Counted from the stretch's first letter, positions 41,801 through 52,870 are shown. The stretch: DNA of 64,000 nucleotides from an uncultured candidate division Zixibacteria bacterium (GCA_963801605.1 CAWDFP010000006.1:1536001-1600000), one strand, 5' to 3'. The notes: generated by a model from the sequence alone, not told the origin. Made by a program: numbers and translations.

Positions 41801-41934
41801 ATACCTCGATTATTTGTGAAAACCGTAAGTTTAAAATCAGAATGTCGAATAATAAATCATCATTAAATTCATGTAAGATAGTATCGCGATACGCCCCCGC
41901 ATTGACATTAAAATTCCAGAAGATTCACCGCTCT

Positions 41935-43779
41935 GTGCTATTTTTACCATCCTTTATTTTATTGTTCATAGTCTTTCTATTCATACCTTCATTTGGACAA
42001 ACGCTCGATATTCGTTTGACAGGAATTCTTCAGGATAGCCTGACGAAAAACGAAATCCCCGGTCATAAGTTTCTGATTCCACAAAATCAGACGGTTGAAA
42101 TTTTTACGGGGCCTTATACAATCGGTTTTTCCGCGTTAAGGGATTCATCCGGAATCTATGACATTGCCGCCGAATTATTCGGGCTTGGTCCTGATTATCA
42201 TCACGCCACTTATAATTTGAAAATCGCGACAGGTGATTCATTGCCAATACCGTCTCAACCTGTCAGGGATGGCGAAATAGTCAAATATATGATTACGCTA
42301 TTGGATGATACTTCCAGTGTCCCAACGGTCGAGGAGGCTCTTGACGATACCACCGCCTGGTCGGTCACCGAAACAATTCATTATCGCACCCACTGGCTAA
42401 AAGGCTCCTACGCCGATTTTCTGTGGGCCTTGAAAATGGGATACCTGGAAAATGTTTATAACAGATATCGCAGCAGCTTTCAATTATCGTCGTTTGATAA
42501 GATCGATTATTATATGCATCCGGATACGCGTACCGCGGCCTATCTCGATCCTCGGCTAAATTACTCAATCCAGCCTCGCAAACGCCAAATCGATTTGGTA
42601 TTCGGTCGCGATATCGATGTCGCCACTCCTCGACCGGCAGCCGAGCTTTTGATGTATCGCATGTGGGGTTACGGCCCGCGCTGGATGGTGACGGGTTTCG
42701 CAGGTTTTTACGAGGATAATTTTCTGCAACTGAGAAAGTTTGCGGGCGATTTTGGGCCTGAGCAATTGGCAGAGAGGTTCATCGATGAGGCTTGGGTTGA
42801 TTCCGATACTGGCCGGATAGTCAGCGGCGCTTTCTGTCGTTGGTTAACGGATAATCGAGATATTGCCAATTTTAAGAATTTATACGACCGTTCGACGGTA
42901 CTAAATTTCCAACGGCAGTTCGAGAATATTTATAAACAAAGTTTTACGAAAACTGCAGAGGAATTTCTTGGCTATGTCAAATCATACAAGCCCAGAGAAA
43001 AAGAGCTGACATATTACGCCTCTGAATATCTTGGCCGGGGAAATTACAAGCGGGCCGAGGAATACTATGAAGAAACGCTTAAAACATACGGCGCCAGATC
43101 GCTTGCCAGTATCAGGCCTTATGCCGTGTGCGAGTACTGGTCAGGCAATTATGAAAAAGCGGCCGAACTGCTGAAACGGGAGCCAACGCCTCTTAAATCC
43201 GAAGATGAATTTTTCAGAACCGATATGGAACTTGCACTGGGAAAAGTCGATCAGGCGATAAAAAGTTATCGGAAATTATATTTCGATTCCAAATTCGATC
43301 AGGCTGGCCTGCAACTGGCCTCCATATATCTGGATCGCGGCGAAATCAAGGAATGCGGCGCCATTCTCGATAGTATGAGTAATTCGATGAAAGCAAGTTC
43401 GGACTATCAACTTGCCGTCGGCCGTTTGAAATTATCTCAGGGTATGCCGGCAGATACCGCTCTGGCGACAGTGGTGGCATTGGCATTAGGACAAGCGCAA
43501 ACGACCACAAACGAACCGGTTAATTATCTGCTGGCCGGACAAGCACTTCTTCTGATGAAAAAATTCGATAAGGCTCGCGAGTATCTCGATATCGCCGAAT
43601 TTTTGGAAAAGCGCCCTTATTTTCAGGGCTGCATTTATCTGGAGTATGGAAAGCTTGCCGATCTCCAGGGCCAGCGTGAGGATGCCAATGAGTACTACAA
43701 GCGGGTTATCGAAATAAAATCAGGTGAGTACCAGAAATCTTTGGCCAGGAATTATTTAAAGAATAAATATGAGCTATAG
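41935..43779 (+). CDS. Secreted protein with C-terminal TPR repeats (start uncertain; the ORF is open from 41797)
   Basis: Hydrophobic signal-like segment after GTG 41935; TPR-like helices at the C-terminus. Confidence 0.65.
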   Translation: MLFLPSFILLFIVFLFIPSFGQTLDIRLTGILQDSLTKNEIPGHKFLIPQNQTVEIFTGPYTIGFSALRDSSGIYDIAAELFGLGPDYHHATYNLKIATGDSLPIPSQPVRDGEIVKYMITLLDDTSSVPTVEEALDDTTAWSVTETIHYRTHWLKGSYADFLWALKMGYLENVYNRYRSSFQLSSFDKIDYYMHPDTRTAAYLDPRLNYSIQPRKRQIDLVFGRDIDVATPRPAAELLMYRMWGYGPRWMVTGFAGFYEDNFLQLRKFAGDFGPEQLAERFIDEAWVDSDTGRIVSGAFCRWLTDNRDIANFKNLYDRSTVLNFQRQFENIYKQSFTKTAEEFLGYVKSYKPREKELTYYASEYLGRGNYKRAEEYYEETLKTYGARSLASIRPYAVCEYWSGNYEKAAELLKREPTPLKSEDEFFRTDMELALGKVDQAIKSYRKLYFDSKFDQAGLQLASIYLDRGEIKECGAILDSMSNSMKASSDYQLAVGRLKLSQGMPADTALATVVALALGQAQTTTNEPVNYLLAGQALLLMKKFDKAREYLDIAEFLEKRPYFQGCIYLEYGKLADLQGQREDANEYYKRVIEIKSGEYQKSLARNYLKNKYEL

Positions 43780-43866
43780 AATTGAAGATATCCTTTGTTT
43801 CTTGAATCAAGTTGGAGAGGCGATCTGTAGAGGCGTATTGAAATAGATCCCTGCACAAAAGAATAA

Positions 43867-45936
43867 ATGACATTTCTAAATAATGCTTTTCTTTTTTTAC
43901 TTTCGGCGATATCGATACCGCTTATTATTCATTTTCTCTCTAAAAGGCGAATCAAGACCGTCGAATTTTCATCGCTCAAATTTTTGGAGCAGATGCAGAA
44001 AAGCCGGATGCGCTGGCTCAAAATTAAGGAGTTAGTGCTGCTTCTGCTTCGGATGTTGATAATAGCTCTGATAGTATTGGCATTTGCCAGGCCCACGTTG
44101 CGAGGCTTCGCGGGTTCATCACGGGCCTCATCGTCGGTGGCGATTATCGTCGACAGGTCGGTATCAATGGACGCCGAAGGCGAAACCGGCAGCCTTTTCG
44201 ACGAGGCTAAACGTCTCGCTACCCGCCTGATCGATTCTTTCGAGCCGGGGGATAAAATTACTGTCATCTCTTATCCCGGCGATGGCGTTTTGGATGTTAT
44301 CGGACCTACGAATCCCGGCGATAAGCTGAAAGAAAAGGTAGCTGCAATCGATCTCAGTTACCAGGCGGGAAATATCGGAGAAGCCCTGAAGCAGGCTCGC
44401 GAAATACTATCTCAAAGCCCGGATTTGAATCATGAAATTTATATTTTTTCCGATCTTAAAGCTCAAAATTTCCGCGATCTTCCGTCCGATCTTTTCAGCC
44501 GCGATGCCTGGAAAAATATTCATCTGTTTACAATCTCGCCAAAGCCAACCGGCGCCGATAATATCGGGATCAGCGATATTATCATGCCCGCTCAGCTTCT
44601 GGTTCCCGGAGAGAATTTCGATGTTGAAGCCGAATTGACCAACTATGGGCAGGGCACTTTGGAAAATATCCTGGTAGGAGTTGTTGTAGACGGTGAACGA
44701 AAGGCTCAGACCACGCTGGCGCTGCCTCCCAATCAACCAACTAAATTCCGTTTCAATCTCAAACTCGATACGCCCGGTGATCACGGCGGATATGTGGAAA
44801 TCGACCATGACAGTTTTGAGCCGGATAACCGACGCTATTTCAGCCTGCATATCCCCGATAAAATTAACCTTCTGGTAGTCAGCCAGGGGCTATCGGATAA
44901 CGACCCCGTCAAGCTCGCTCTTGACAGGCCTGAGGCCGGCCAGATTGAATTTACCGGAATTACCGTATCGGATTTGCTGAGGGAAGACCTGGCCAAATAC
45001 GACGTGATTCTGCTCGATGATATTCCGTCGCTGGACGCCTCCCGTGAAAGCGCTATCGCCAAATTTGTCGCCGGTAACGGCGGACTATTCGTTTCTCTGG
45101 GAAAGGCAGCCAATGCAGCATATTGGAAAAAATTTCTACCATCGATTTCAAGCATCAGCCCCGGCGATCTTTCCGGCGCCGATAATGAATATCTCAACTG
45201 GAATAACTTCGATTATGAACATCCGATTTTTACAATTTACTCGCCTGATTCCACAAACAGCGCCCGGCCATCGATACCAGATATCAAGATGGTGTATTAT
45301 CATAATCTTTCCGGGGGCCGAAGCCTCGGTTCAAGTTCCACAGGGATAAACCTGTTGGCCGAATCGGAGAATAAGCATGTCATCATATTTGGAAGCGGGC
45401 TGGATTTGACATCGAGCGATCTGGTGGCCCACAGCTTTTTTATCCCGCTATTGGTCCGAAGCGTGGAGTACCTCGGTACTCAAAACAGCGGAAGCGGCGC
45501 GAACGGCATTATAGGCGAACCGGTGCAATGGAGGCTTCCATCAGGGAATACCACCGCATTGAGCCTGCAATCGCCATCGGGAACATTTGAGGATTTGCAG
45601 GCCGTGGCCGAGGGAAACGGTTCGATGGCCAAATTTACAGAGTATGGCGCACCGGGGACTTATCTAATGAAAGAAGGCGATAAAACGGTCGGGCTGTTGG
45701 CTTTCAATATAAATAGCGTCGAATCCGAGAAAGAGACTATCTCGGCGGACGAGATCGGTCAGCGACTGGGAATCGGAGTTAAAGCCGTTGCGCCGGATTC
45801 AGATCTCAAATCGACAGTTCTTCAAGCGCGATTTGGCCGTGAGCTATGGAAGGAATTTTTAATTCTGGCCCTGCTTCTTTTGATTGCCGAATCAATTATC
45901 GGACGAACCTTTCCACCGAAAGTCGAGGCTAAATGA
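43867..45936 (+). CDS. BatA-like N-terminal double-TM plus von Willebrand A domain protein
   Basis: MTFLN..PLIIHFL..FSSLKFL..LLLLRML..FARP; MIDAS DRSVSM; FSDL; C-terminal ELWKEFL TM segment. Confidence 0.88.
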   Translation: MTFLNNAFLFLLSAISIPLIIHFLSKRRIKTVEFSSLKFLEQMQKSRMRWLKIKELVLLLLRMLIIALIVLAFARPTLRGFAGSSRASSSVAIIVDRSVSMDAEGETGSLFDEAKRLATRLIDSFEPGDKITVISYPGDGVLDVIGPTNPGDKLKEKVAAIDLSYQAGNIGEALKQAREILSQSPDLNHEIYIFSDLKAQNFRDLPSDLFSRDAWKNIHLFTISPKPTGADNIGISDIIMPAQLLVPGENFDVEAELTNYGQGTLENILVGVVVDGERKAQTTLALPPNQPTKFRFNLKLDTPGDHGGYVEIDHDSFEPDNRRYFSLHIPDKINLLVVSQGLSDNDPVKLALDRPEAGQIEFTGITVSDLLREDLAKYDVILLDDIPSLDASRESAIAKFVAGNGGLFVSLGKAANAAYWKKFLPSISSISPGDLSGADNEYLNWNNFDYEHPIFTIYSPDSTNSARPSIPDIKMVYYHNLSGGRSLGSSSTGINLLAESENKHVIIFGSGLDLTSSDLVAHSFFIPLLVRSVEYLGTQNSGSGANGIIGEPVQWRLPSGNTTALSLQSPSGTFEDLQAVAEGNGSMAKFTEYGAPGTYLMKEGDKTVGLLAFNINSVESEKETISADEIGQRLGIGVKAVAPDSDLKSTVLQARFGRELWKEFLILALLLLIAESIIGRTFPPKVEAK

Positions 45937-46310
45937 TACGAAAATTGTTCGTAGTCGCATTGATATTTACGGCCCTGGTTTCATGTAAGGAGTTACCTGT
46001 GCTGAAAAACCAGACTGAGCCGGTCGGATATGCCCTGGGAGAAAAGGTTGGTTTCAGTTTTGCTGCCAGTAATATTAAGAATCCGCCCGATTCGATTGCG
46101 GTATTCGTACTCGAAAAAAAAAGCGGATATGAATATCTGCTCTGGGCCAAGAAAGCCGACAGCAATGAAGTTTGCCGTTATTCCACGCTCTGGGATGGCC
46201 GTAAGCCCGATGGCAGTTGGCCGATGGGCGGACGGTACTTAGTCCATGCCAGATTAAGCGAACAAGAGGGCGTTTATTCCGACACGATACAGATTGGCCT
46301 GGGAGATTAA
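45933..46310 (+). CDS. Small lipoprotein
   Basis: Lipobox ALVS-C; WDGRKPDG..GRY Ig-like motif. Confidence 0.7.
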   Translation: MIRKLFVVALIFTALVSCKELPVLKNQTEPVGYALGEKVGFSFAASNIKNPPDSIAVFVLEKKSGYEYLLWAKKADSNEVCRYSTLWDGRKPDGSWPMGGRYLVHARLSEQEGVYSDTIQIGLGD

Positions 46311-46396
46311 ATTGGATGTCGACATTATTGTGACAGTAAATCACAAACTATCCGGTGCATTAATAAAAATCATAATGAAATAAATTGGAAAAAACC

Positions 46397-46939
46397 ATGA
46401 CTGACAAAAAGACCCGTCTCAAAGAAATCCTATTGGAAAAGGCGATTAAATTCGGCGACTTCACTCTCGCCTCCGGAAAAAAATCAACCTACTACATCAA
46501 TGGCAAGATGGCGACGCTCGATTCCGAAGGTTTATATCTCATGGCCGAGATCATGCTCGATAAGCTCGATGGTATCGACTGCGATGCAGTTGGAGGATTA
46601 ACATTAGGCGCTGACCCCATGATAGGAGCCGTTACCGCCCTGGCGCATAAACGCGGGCGGAAGATGATCGGATTTATCGTGCGCAAAGAGACCAAAGATC
46701 ATGGCACCAAAAGCCTGGTCGAGGGGCCGCTTCAGGAGATGATGAAGGTCGCGATCATCGAGGACGTTGCCACCACCGGCGGCTCGGCCTTAAAAGCTAT
46801 TGACGCCGCTAAAGCTTTCGGATGCGAGATCGTAAAAATCCTCGTGCTCGTGGATCGCCGCCAGGGCGCCGAGGAGAAATTTCGCGAGATGAATATTCCG
46901 TTCGATCCGATATTTCGGAAAGAAGAGCTGGGGCTGTAA
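46397..46939 (+). CDS. pyrE: Orotate phosphoribosyltransferase
   Basis: FTLASGKKSTYY, RKETKDHG, IEDVATTGGS. Confidence 0.96.
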   Translation: MTDKKTRLKEILLEKAIKFGDFTLASGKKSTYYINGKMATLDSEGLYLMAEIMLDKLDGIDCDAVGGLTLGADPMIGAVTALAHKRGRKMIGFIVRKETKDHGTKSLVEGPLQEMMKVAIIEDVATTGGSALKAIDAAKAFGCEIVKILVLVDRRQGAEEKFREMNIPFDPIFRKEELGL

Positions 46940-46990
46940 TCCGATAATTTTATGCCGTTAGGCGATATTGCCTGACGGTATATTTATTCA

Positions 46991-47018
46991 TTGACAAATC
47001 AATCATATTAAATATAGT
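46991..47018 (+). promoter_or_regulatory. sigma70-type promoter
   Basis: TTGACA-16 nt-TATAGT upstream of the ORF at 47088. Confidence 0.55.
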
Positions 47019-47087
47019 TTAATTAGTTCACGGCCCCGTTTATCCTTGAGGCGAAATTTCTTTGCTGCCTGATTAGGGAGGTTCTTT

Positions 47088-49205
47088 ATGAATCGTAGCA
47101 TTTTTGCCTGGGCTACCACTCTGACGATTATAATTTTCGCAAACTCGAAGGCTCAGTATATCAATTTTTTGGGATCTACTCTGTGGCATCAGGCAAACGG
47201 CGTTCAGGTTGTGGGGAATTATGCTTATTGCGCATTCAAGTATGGGATCGTCATCCTCGATATATCTGACCGCACGGCTCCTCAATTTTTAGGCCAATGC
47301 CCGCTTACAGGCGAAGGTAAGGAGATTGCGGTTTGGGGAAATTATGCCTATCTGGCCGAGGGAAACGGCGGCCTGAAGGTTGTCGATATCTACGATCCTC
47401 AGAATCCTGTCAGAATCGCCGAGATTAATCGGGCCGGATATGTCGAAGATGTTGCCACTGATGGACAATACCTTTACATGGCCTGCGGAGAAAGTTTTTA
47501 TGACGGGGATAATATCCTGATAGTCGATATTGCCGATCCGACACAGCCAAATGTAGTTGGACACTGTTTCGTTTCCTCGGAGGCTACGGGCATTTCAGTA
47601 CAAGGGGCTTATGCTTATGCAACATCTGATGCTGGGTTGAGCGTCATTGCCATCCGGCCTCCCGAAAGTCCCCATATAGTGGCTACTCTCGGGTTCCAAC
47701 AGGATTTCCCTTACGGGTTGTGTGTATCCGGCAACTATGCATATGTAGCGTCATACTTGACGAATCTGCGAATTATTAATATCTCCAATCCAGCATTGCC
47801 CTCAATAACCGGCTCGATTGATCTTTATGACGTTAGTTGGGATGTTGCCGTATCCGGCCAGTACGCTTATTTGGCATCCGGTTATCAGGGGCTGTATGTT
47901 GTGAATGTCGCCAATGCATCTGCCCCTGTTCTTGTCGATAGCCTCGATACTGCCGACCTATGCTGGGGTTTATTTGTGGATGATAACTATGCTTACCTTG
48001 CTGATCGTAATAACGGTTTTTTGGCGGTAAATATAACCAATCCCCATATTCCAGTAGTTAGCGGAACATACGCATCGGCTTGGTATCCGAACAGCATACA
48101 GATATCAGGACAATATGCCTTTATAGCAGATGCTTACGATTGTCTTTGGGTCGTCGATATCGATGACCTGCTCGAACCGAGACTCGCCTATAGGTACAAT
48201 TGCGGGGCATCTATTTATACTATGGCTCTGAGTGATACCCTCATCTTTGCAGCTTGCGGCTATCAGGGTTTCAGGGCCTATGATATTTCAGATCCGATAA
48301 ATCCGTCCCAGATCGGCAGCTATTCCGGAGTATACGCGCTGGATTTGGCTGTATCGGGAAGGTACGCTTACGTTTCGGATGCCACCTCCCGGAGGTTAGC
48401 CGTATTTGATATTGCCAATCCGCGCAATCTTCATATCGATGGGCAGCTTGCTTTGAGCATCAGTGTCAGAGGGATTTGTCTTCTGGGAAATACTCTGGCT
48501 ATCAACGATCTTTACGACATTAAGACAATTGATATTTCTGATCCCATACATCCTGCCTTGCTGGGAACTTATAACGTAAATTCCATTCCAAATGATATGG
48601 CGGCTTTTGGGTGGCGTTATATATTGGTTTTGGGAAACAGTGCTGTTACTATTTTGGATATTGCCGATCCCGCCAACCCTGAGTTGGTCACGACCATTCA
48701 ATTGAATTCCTTTTCTGAGAAATTCTGCGTGACAGGAAATCTGGTTTATATCTGCACCGACGAGTACATGGCAGTTTATGACATCAGTAATCCACGAGCC
48801 CCTGTTTCCCGAGGTACATATGGAAATGAATGTCACACTGTTACTGCTACTAACGATTATATCTATTTGGGGGAACCCTATTCCTTTACCATATTGACAG
48901 CCTTGAGGCAGCCGGATGCAACTGAATCTTACCAAATTGGGAAATCGTATTTTCTTGGATTGAACTACCCCAACCCCTTCAACGCCCAAACGACGATAAG
49001 CTATTCTTTGTTTACGCGCTCAAATGTCTCGATAGAGATATTTGATATCGCAGGCAGAAAACTGGAAACGCTTCAAGGGGGATATCAGGAAGCCGGGGAG
49101 CATTCGATTGTATGGAATGCGAAGGATAGGGCATCCGGCGTATATTTCTATCGGCTCAGGGCGGGGGAGACCTCTCAAACCCAGAAGTGCATCTTATTAA
49201 AATAA
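47088..49205 (+). CDS. LVIVD-repeat secreted protein with T9SS-type sorting domain
   Basis: Many GNYAY..GL.(I/V)(V/I)DI.(D/N)P repeats; NYPNPFN C-terminal domain. Confidence 0.9.
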   Translation: MNRSIFAWATTLTIIIFANSKAQYINFLGSTLWHQANGVQVVGNYAYCAFKYGIVILDISDRTAPQFLGQCPLTGEGKEIAVWGNYAYLAEGNGGLKVVDIYDPQNPVRIAEINRAGYVEDVATDGQYLYMACGESFYDGDNILIVDIADPTQPNVVGHCFVSSEATGISVQGAYAYATSDAGLSVIAIRPPESPHIVATLGFQQDFPYGLCVSGNYAYVASYLTNLRIINISNPALPSITGSIDLYDVSWDVAVSGQYAYLASGYQGLYVVNVANASAPVLVDSLDTADLCWGLFVDDNYAYLADRNNGFLAVNITNPHIPVVSGTYASAWYPNSIQISGQYAFIADAYDCLWVVDIDDLLEPRLAYRYNCGASIYTMALSDTLIFAACGYQGFRAYDISDPINPSQIGSYSGVYALDLAVSGRYAYVSDATSRRLAVFDIANPRNLHIDGQLALSISVRGICLLGNTLAINDLYDIKTIDISDPIHPALLGTYNVNSIPNDMAAFGWRYILVLGNSAVTILDIADPANPELVTTIQLNSFSEKFCVTGNLVYICTDEYMAVYDISNPRAPVSRGTYGNECHTVTATNDYIYLGEPYSFTILTALRQPDATESYQIGKSYFLGLNYPNPFNAQTTISYSLFTRSNVSIEIFDIAGRKLETLQGGYQEAGEHSIVWNAKDRASGVYFYRLRAGETSQTQKCILLK

Positions 49206-49397
49206 TTGCCTATATATAATTTACAGCCGGGGTCCCTAAGGACCCCGGTTTCTGTAATAGGGCTTACCCTAACCGTCCCTGCCAGATATTGGAACTAATT
49301 AAACCCGGTAAACTGTTAATGCCATAGATTGACCGATACAAGCTGCAGTCAGTATTCGGGGTTATCCGGAATACTATTTTATTCAAATCGAGGAAAT

Positions 49398-51842
49398 ATG
49401 AAAATTCTTGTTTCCACGCTATTTCTGATACTGGTTACATTAGATGCTTATGCTTTTGAGCCGCTATTTGATACCAGGGTAGATTACACCTTATCGGAAC
49501 CTGCCAACCACTTGGTGACATGTGACCTGAACGGTGACGACTGTCTGGATATCGCAGTTGCGCCTTATTATGGCGACAGCCTGTCAATTTTACTTGGCAA
49601 TTGCGATGGCACATTCCAAACTCCAGTAACCTACGGCGGCCTTGATTCAGCACTTTCCCTTTTTGCAATCGATCTCGAAAATGACGGCTTTCCGGACCTG
49701 GCGGTCATCGATGTCCATAGAACAAAGGTAACAATATTTAAAAACATTGGTAATGCATTTCAACTGGATACCAGTTATAGTGTTGGTTTGCGGTTATCAT
49801 CTATATGGTGCGCGGATATCAACAACGATGGTTACACTGATATTATAATAGCGGATTATTATGGTACCTCGCCCCTCACGATCCTTTTTAATAATGGCTA
49901 TGGGGTATTTTCTACCAGAAGACAGATACAGCTAATCTCACAAGCCGTATCGATTATTGCCGATGATTTTAATAATGATGAAATTCCAGATATTGCAGCG
50001 GTTGGTTATTCCAGCCAACCACAATCTGCTTTGGGAATTCTCATTAATAACGGCCATGGGCAATTCAGCGATACAACTAAATTTATTTCTAATGGATATT
50101 ATACCTTGAGAGCAGGCGATATTAATGGTGATGGCTTCGATGATATTGTCGCAGCAAGCATAATGGACAGCCTTGCAATTTATCTAAATAATGGCAATGG
50201 TTCATTTCAGTTATCAACCGAATTGCCCGCCGGCATGGAATCCAGGTCTATTGCAATCGATGATCTGAATGGTGATGAATCAAACGATCTTACCATAGTT
50301 GAACATTACAATTCGCATATAACTACATATCTCAATAATGGCAATGGATCATTTGCTGTGACAGATACTTACTTCGTCCCAGCTCATCCCCGGTGGGTTT
50401 CAGGCGGAGATTTCAATTTAGACGGGCATATTGACATGGCGGTGGCAAGTAACGATGGGAAAGCCGTTTCAGTATTGAATAATGACGGAACAGGTAAGTT
50501 CATTATGCCTTCACTTTACGATTTTCCCGTTAACCCAACAAGAGTCTACTGCGCCAATCTTGACGGGAATCGGCTTAGCGATCTTGTTGTGAAAACAAGT
50601 AACAATTTATTGGCTTTACTTATTAATCAATCTGACATGCATTTTACACAATCATTTATAACTCCTGCGCCACTCGAAGATAACACAATACTAATTGGCG
50701 ATTTCAACGGAAATTCCACCGACGATTTCGCGATTATTCATCACCCCCCCATCGATTCGTTGGAAATAAGGATATTTTATAATGATGGAACGGGCAATAT
50801 TATTGGCGGTACACGCGTAAATATCCCGTATTATGATTCACCAAAGTATTATGTGTCTGAATTGAACGGAGATGGAATAGATGATATTATTGTGGGAGGC
50901 ATTCCTGATAGCATAAGCGTAATCCTGAGTAATCAAAGCGGATCGTTTAATCGGCCGGTACAATATCATATCCCCGGCTTGATGACCACCTTGCTTCTGG
51001 CATGCGACTTCGATTCGGATGGCCTAAATGATATTATTGCTGGGAGAGACACCCTTACGATTTTTCGAAATACCGGTAACGGTGTTCTCGAACAAGCAAC
51101 GTCATTTGTGTTGTCGTCCACCCAATACAATAAGATATTCGGAATTGATTTTGATAATGATTCAAATAATGATTTGATACTCTTGCGCGATTATTCGAAC
51201 CAGTTTCAGTTGCTAAGAAATATAGGTAATTTGAATTTTCAGAATGCGGGCTTCATTAGGATAGTGAATGCATCCACTAATGCAATTGCAGCTGACATTA
51301 ATAATGATAATTTGGTAGATATAATCCCATATTTTCAAGATTATGGCATAAGCCCTTATCTAAATCAGGGAAATAGTACTTTTACGACACCATTTCGATA
51401 TGGCACAAGGCGTAAAACGCCGGGATATGATGGCATGTTCGCTGCCGGAGATATAGACGGCGATAGAGCACTGGATATTATAGAGGCGGGATTTCCGGAA
51501 TTTCCGAATAAGATATCCGTCATGCTAAATAAAACCATGGTACAAGACGTGCTTGAAAACCCAAATATTAATTTGCCCAATCATACTTCATTGTTGTGCA
51601 ACTACCCCAACCCTTTCAACGCCCAGACCACAATTAGCTATTCTTTGTTTACGCGCTCAAATGTTTCGATAGAGATATTTGATATTGCAGGCAGAAAAGT
51701 GGAAACGCTTCAAGGAGGATACCAGGAAGCCGGGGAGCATTCGATAGTCTGGAATGCGAGGGATAGGGCATCAGGAGTGTATTTCTACCGGGTTAAGGCG
51801 GGGGATGTATCAAAAGCGGAGAAATGCGTATTGCTGAAGTAA
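49398..51842 (+). CDS. FG-GAP/VCBS-repeat secreted protein with T9SS-type sorting domain
   Basis: Repeated DLNGD..DI and NNGNGSF motifs; GAGG SD before ATG 49398; NYPNPFN C-terminal domain. Confidence 0.9.
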   Translation: MKILVSTLFLILVTLDAYAFEPLFDTRVDYTLSEPANHLVTCDLNGDDCLDIAVAPYYGDSLSILLGNCDGTFQTPVTYGGLDSALSLFAIDLENDGFPDLAVIDVHRTKVTIFKNIGNAFQLDTSYSVGLRLSSIWCADINNDGYTDIIIADYYGTSPLTILFNNGYGVFSTRRQIQLISQAVSIIADDFNNDEIPDIAAVGYSSQPQSALGILINNGHGQFSDTTKFISNGYYTLRAGDINGDGFDDIVAASIMDSLAIYLNNGNGSFQLSTELPAGMESRSIAIDDLNGDESNDLTIVEHYNSHITTYLNNGNGSFAVTDTYFVPAHPRWVSGGDFNLDGHIDMAVASNDGKAVSVLNNDGTGKFIMPSLYDFPVNPTRVYCANLDGNRLSDLVVKTSNNLLALLINQSDMHFTQSFITPAPLEDNTILIGDFNGNSTDDFAIIHHPPIDSLEIRIFYNDGTGNIIGGTRVNIPYYDSPKYYVSELNGDGIDDIIVGGIPDSISVILSNQSGSFNRPVQYHIPGLMTTLLLACDFDSDGLNDIIAGRDTLTIFRNTGNGVLEQATSFVLSSTQYNKIFGIDFDNDSNNDLILLRDYSNQFQLLRNIGNLNFQNAGFIRIVNASTNAIAADINNDNLVDIIPYFQDYGISPYLNQGNSTFTTPFRYGTRRKTPGYDGMFAAGDIDGDRALDIIEAGFPEFPNKISVMLNKTMVQDVLENPNINLPNHTSLLCNYPNPFNAQTTISYSLFTRSNVSIEIFDIAGRKVETLQGGYQEAGEHSIVWNARDRASGVYFYRVKAGDVSKAEKCVLLK

Positions 51843-51860
51843 GCACCTTAGGCGCTTAAT

Positions 51861-51935
51861 GTCAAAACTACCAAGGAGTTTTGACCTACGAATAGGCCGC
51901 GGTTCGGGCCGCAGGTCCCAGGGGACCTGCGCTAC
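51861..51935 (-). repeat. Two GTAG REP-like hairpins on the minus strand
   Basis: Reverse complements read GTAGGTCAAAACT..AGTTTTGAC and GTAGCGCAGGTCCC..GGGACCTGC. Confidence 0.75.
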
Positions 51936-51964
51936 GAGAGATTAATTTGGTGTAATCAAACAAT

Positions 51965-51990
51965 AAAAAAGGCGGGATAACCCGCCTTTT
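51965..51990. terminator. Bidirectional intrinsic terminator
   Basis: AAAAAAGGCGGG/CCCGCCTTTT between convergent genes. Confidence 0.8.
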
Positions 51991-52010
51991 CGGTTGTTAT
52001 TATATGTCCC

Positions 52011-52870
52011 CTAATTCAGATAGGCTCGGAGCGCCTTTGATCGTGAGGCATGTCTTAATCTGCGAATCGCCTTCTCCTTGATCTGACGAACCCTCTCCCT
52101 GGTCAGACGAGAACCGCGCGCCTATCTCCTCGAGGGTCAACGGCTTCTCGTGATTGAGGCCGAAATAGAGGTTGATGACCTCCGCCTCCCGGGGGGTCAG
52201 CGTATCGAGCGCCTTCTCGATTTCAACCCGCAGCGATTCGCTTAACAGCGACTCATCGGGCGAGGGCTGCATCTCGTCTTCAAGGATATCGATGAGGCTG
52301 TTGTCCTCGGATGCCGAGAACGGCGCATCCAGCGACAGATGCGAGTTGGATATCTTCAGCGTATCGGAAACCTCACCCTCGGTTAACGAAAGCTCTACGG
52401 CAATCTCATTGGGCGATGGTTCCCGTCCGAGATCCTGCTGCAGAGATGATGATACCTTGCCTATTTTGTGCAGAGTCCCGACTCTGTTTAGCGGCAGATC
52501 TGACAATACGCGATTGCTCCGCTAATGCCTGCAAGATAGCTTGTCGAATCCACCAGACCGCATAGGAAATGAACTTGAAACCCCTGGTCTCATCGAAACG
52601 CTTGGCGGCCTTTATCAGGCCGATATTCCCCTCGTTGATGAGATCCGCCAGCGATAGTCCCTGGTTTTGATACTGCTTGGCTACCGAGACCACGAATCGG
52701 AGATTGGCCTTGGTTAGTTTCTCAAGGGCCTTTTGATCGCCCTTCCTGATTCTTTTGGCCAGCTCAACTTCTTCGGCGGCGGTAATTAACGGGGTTTCAC
52801 CGATTTCCCGAAGATAGAGATCTAGGGATCTATCCTCGTCACGGTACCTTCTGGTCGATTTTGTTAACAG
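52011..52870 (-). CDS. Short RpoD/SigA-family sigma70 factor lacking region 1.1 (indels near 52500 and 52105)
   Basis: [72 protein letters not shown]. Confidence 0.93.
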
